In this document: piece by piece, positions 42,299-43,931 of the stretch
How positions within the stretch are numbered: the stretch's first letter is position 1
How the letters are laid out: each line of letters begins with the position of its first letter
Source of the DNA: a virus
Taxonomy: Duplodnaviria; Caudoviricetes
DNA: 43,931 nt
Reading direction: 5' to 3' (one strand)
Virus record (IMG/VR): IMGVR_UViG_3300011335_000766
Span: 1 to 43,931 of that record
Position numbers and translations under genes: made by a program
The notes under the pieces: model-generated
Told to the model about the DNA's origin: nothing
Seen by the model: the letters and a program-made list of their open reading frames with translations, nothing else
Database searches by the model: none

Positions 42299-43671
42299 GT
42301 GACTGGTCCTTGATTCCACGGTATACCAAACTTTTCGTCATCTTGAGCCTGATTGATCAATCTACTTACTACATGATCAAACGCATCTAAATATCCAACA
42401 TCAGGTGGCATTGGTCTTATTGTTTTCTCTGATTGTACAAAATCTCGAACTACCTGTTCTACGCTACTATCGTTGATATTTCCGATGATGTATCTTTCAG
42501 CACCAGGACGATCTAAAAAGCCACTTTCGTGATACACATAAACATCGCCTTTGACATCAACTGCTACAGCAACTTGCGGAAAGCTATGTGGTACCATCTC
42601 CTTCCAAGAGATCATTTTCAATGCGCCGGAGTTCCTTCCATGCACCAGTGATTCTAATGCATATCCAAAATCCCAATGTGTAGTAGGCCACTTGTTTTGT
42701 TTGAAATCTTTGATGCGGTCAAAAATATCAACAAGCTGTGCTCGCTCTTCATCACTGACTATGCGAACATTCTGACTGAAATCTTCTCTCAAAGTTACAA
42801 AGTCAACAGGACGAGTAGTATGACTGTTGATATGATCAATGATATCAATCAGCTTCAATACATCTTTAGAGGACCCAGGAAGGATGATCCAGTTTACTCC
42901 CACACGCACATCAGTGGTCGAATTGATGTAGTCAATGATGTTTTGTATGATGCCATCAAAACTTTCTGAATGGCGTGTTACTTTAAACGCACTATCTGCA
43001 TCCACTCCGTATAAACTGAATCTAACTGCGTAAAGATCTTTCATACCAGGGTTTTTCTCTACATACTTAGGGGTCATCATGTAACCATTGGTGTAGAGCT
43101 GCATTTTGTAACCACGCTGTTTGCCGTAAGTGATGATATCACCTAGATACCGATTAGTCAACGGTTCAAGCCCACCACTGATCCTAAATCTATCATCCCA
43201 GAACTGATCAGTCTTGGGATCTTGATCGATGATCTGTTTGAATACATCAAACCCATGTTGTTCAAACTTCCGATCGTATTTGGCAACAGGATTACGCCCA
43301 CAAAAATTACAATAGAACATACAGCTCATACCGGTGTATAACCCAATGCGGTTTGGATACATGTAATGATGATCTATAGCAGCATGTAACGATCCGTTGT
43401 CTAACAATGGGCGGATGGTATTGGTCCAGTACTTGGTACCTTCGCCACGGAGTAAGATATGATTCTGTGCTCGGTTATCTTGTCGTAAGGCATGTGATAA
43501 CTCGCGCAATTGATCCGCAGAAATGTTCAGTGTGGATGCTATTTTTCTTTGAGTCACAAAAGGATCATTGGCTAACATTTCGCACACTTGCATGGACACT
43601 GAGTCCAAGTGAGAAATATCAGAATCCTGATCAACAGTAACGGAACTATGGGTGTAACCTAATCTTGACAT
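42286..43671 (-). CDS. desII: DesII-like radical SAM enzyme (NDP-4-amino-4,6-dideoxyhexose ammonia-lyase family); start revised from 43683
   Basis: GLYTGMSCMFYCNFC, SGGLEPLTN, LYTN, RFSLYG, ILPG, DFVTLREDFS, DFGYAL.SL, PQVAVAVD..GDVY.Y.E.GF...GA.RYI.G and VVRDFV all match, in order, what I recall of Streptomyces DesII. Confidence 0.82.
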   Translation of the reverse strand: MSRLGYTHSSVTVDQDSDISHLDSVSMQVCEMLANDPFVTQRKIASTLNISADQLRELSHALRQDNRAQNHILLRGEGTKYWTNTIRPLLDNGSLHAAIDHHYMYPNRIGLYTGMSCMFYCNFCGRNPVAKYDRKFEQHGFDVFKQIIDQDPKTDQFWDDRFRISGGLEPLTNRYLGDIITYGKQRGYKMQLYTNGYMMTPKYVEKNPGMKDLYAVRFSLYGVDADSAFKVTRHSESFDGIIQNIIDYINSTTDVRVGVNWIILPGSSKDVLKLIDIIDHINSHTTRPVDFVTLREDFSQNVRIVSDEERAQLVDIFDRIKDFKQNKWPTTHWDFGYALESLVHGRNSGALKMISWKEMVPHSFPQVAVAVDVKGDVYVYHESGFLDRPGAERYIIGNINDSSVEQVVRDFVQSEKTIRPMPPDVGYLDAFDHVVSRLINQAQDDEKFGIPWNQGPVTCRQ

Positions 43672-43673
43672 AT

Positions 43674-43931
43674 TTAAACACAATCTAACAACGAATCAAT
43701 GATGTAATCAACTTCAAGATAAGTGAGTTCAGGGTAAAGAGGTAGTGTGAGGCAGCGGCGTGCTAGACTGCTTGCTGGGCTCAGTATGCTGGGTCCTTGG
43801 AGATGTTGATAAGCAGGCAGTTCATGCAGTGGATCACGATAGTGTATCTTTGTCTCGATACCTCGGTCGGCCAGTTTTTGCTGTAGTAGATCACGGTCAT
43901 CCACATCAATCACAAACTTGTGGAAGCTGTG
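43674..43931 (-). CDS. C-terminal part of a second DegT-family aminotransferase (5' truncated by window)
   Basis: The frame is open to the window edge: HSFHKFVIDVDDRDLLQQKLADRGIETKIHY..PLH..PAY...LTLPLYPELT, a typical DegT C-terminus. Confidence 0.85.
   Translation of the reverse strand, partial: HSFHKFVIDVDDRDLLQQKLADRGIETKIHYRDPLHELPAYQHLQGPSILSPASSLARRCLTLPLYPELTYLEVDYIIDSLLDCV

Noticed and set aside
43671-43676. Minus-strand TAAATA right at the DesII-like start
   Set aside because: It is formed by the upstream TAA stop abutting the ATG, leaving no room for a start site before the codon.
1-43931. CRISPR arrays, tRNA/rRNA genes, introns, inteins, transposases
   Set aside because: Intergenic gaps are at most about 60 bp, I saw no spaced repeats or cloverleafs, and enzyme lengths leave no room for inteins. 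An insertion in the giant ORF cannot be fully excluded by eye.
1-43931. Alternative genetic code (stop-codon recoding as in some jumbo phages)
   Set aside because: The standard code gives near-complete coding density, and TAA, TGA and TAG (30828-30830) all end genes at junctions.
22685-43931. Bacterial O-antigen/capsule locus or giant-virus (NCLDV) origin
   Set aside because: No flippase, polymerase, ABC exporter or other obvious membrane protein is present. The block is contiguous with contractile-tail baseplate genes and uses prokaryotic-style overlapping genes.

Overview
This window looks like part of a large contractile-tailed (T4-superfamily-like, probably jumbo) bacteriophage genome in the standard genetic code, with two blocks. 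Block 1 (1-22622, + strand) is a late structural module: a gp25-like and a gp6-like baseplate wedge gene, a 4684-aa multidomain virion protein, a 204-aa structural gene preceded by an unannotated 48-aa partial duplicate, a tail fibre with an intramolecular-chaperone C-terminus, and two tandem Thr/Ser/Gly-rich paralogs. TAAATA late-promoter motifs precede several of these genes and a clear intrinsic terminator closes the block. Block 2 (22685 to the window end) is a ~21-kb, almost gap-free sugar-modification cluster: several glycosyltransferase-like genes, six radical SAM paralogs with an N-terminal auxiliary Fe-S motif, a NodU/CmcH carbamoyltransferase, and a DesII-like radical SAM enzyme between two DegT-family aminotransferases. 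The most striking candidate system is this phage-encoded, secondary-metabolite-style amino/deoxy-sugar pathway (desI-desII-desV-like) beside the tail genes. Its target (virion glycan, DNA or host surface) cannot be determined from sequence. All family assignments come from motif reading and memory, not database searches.
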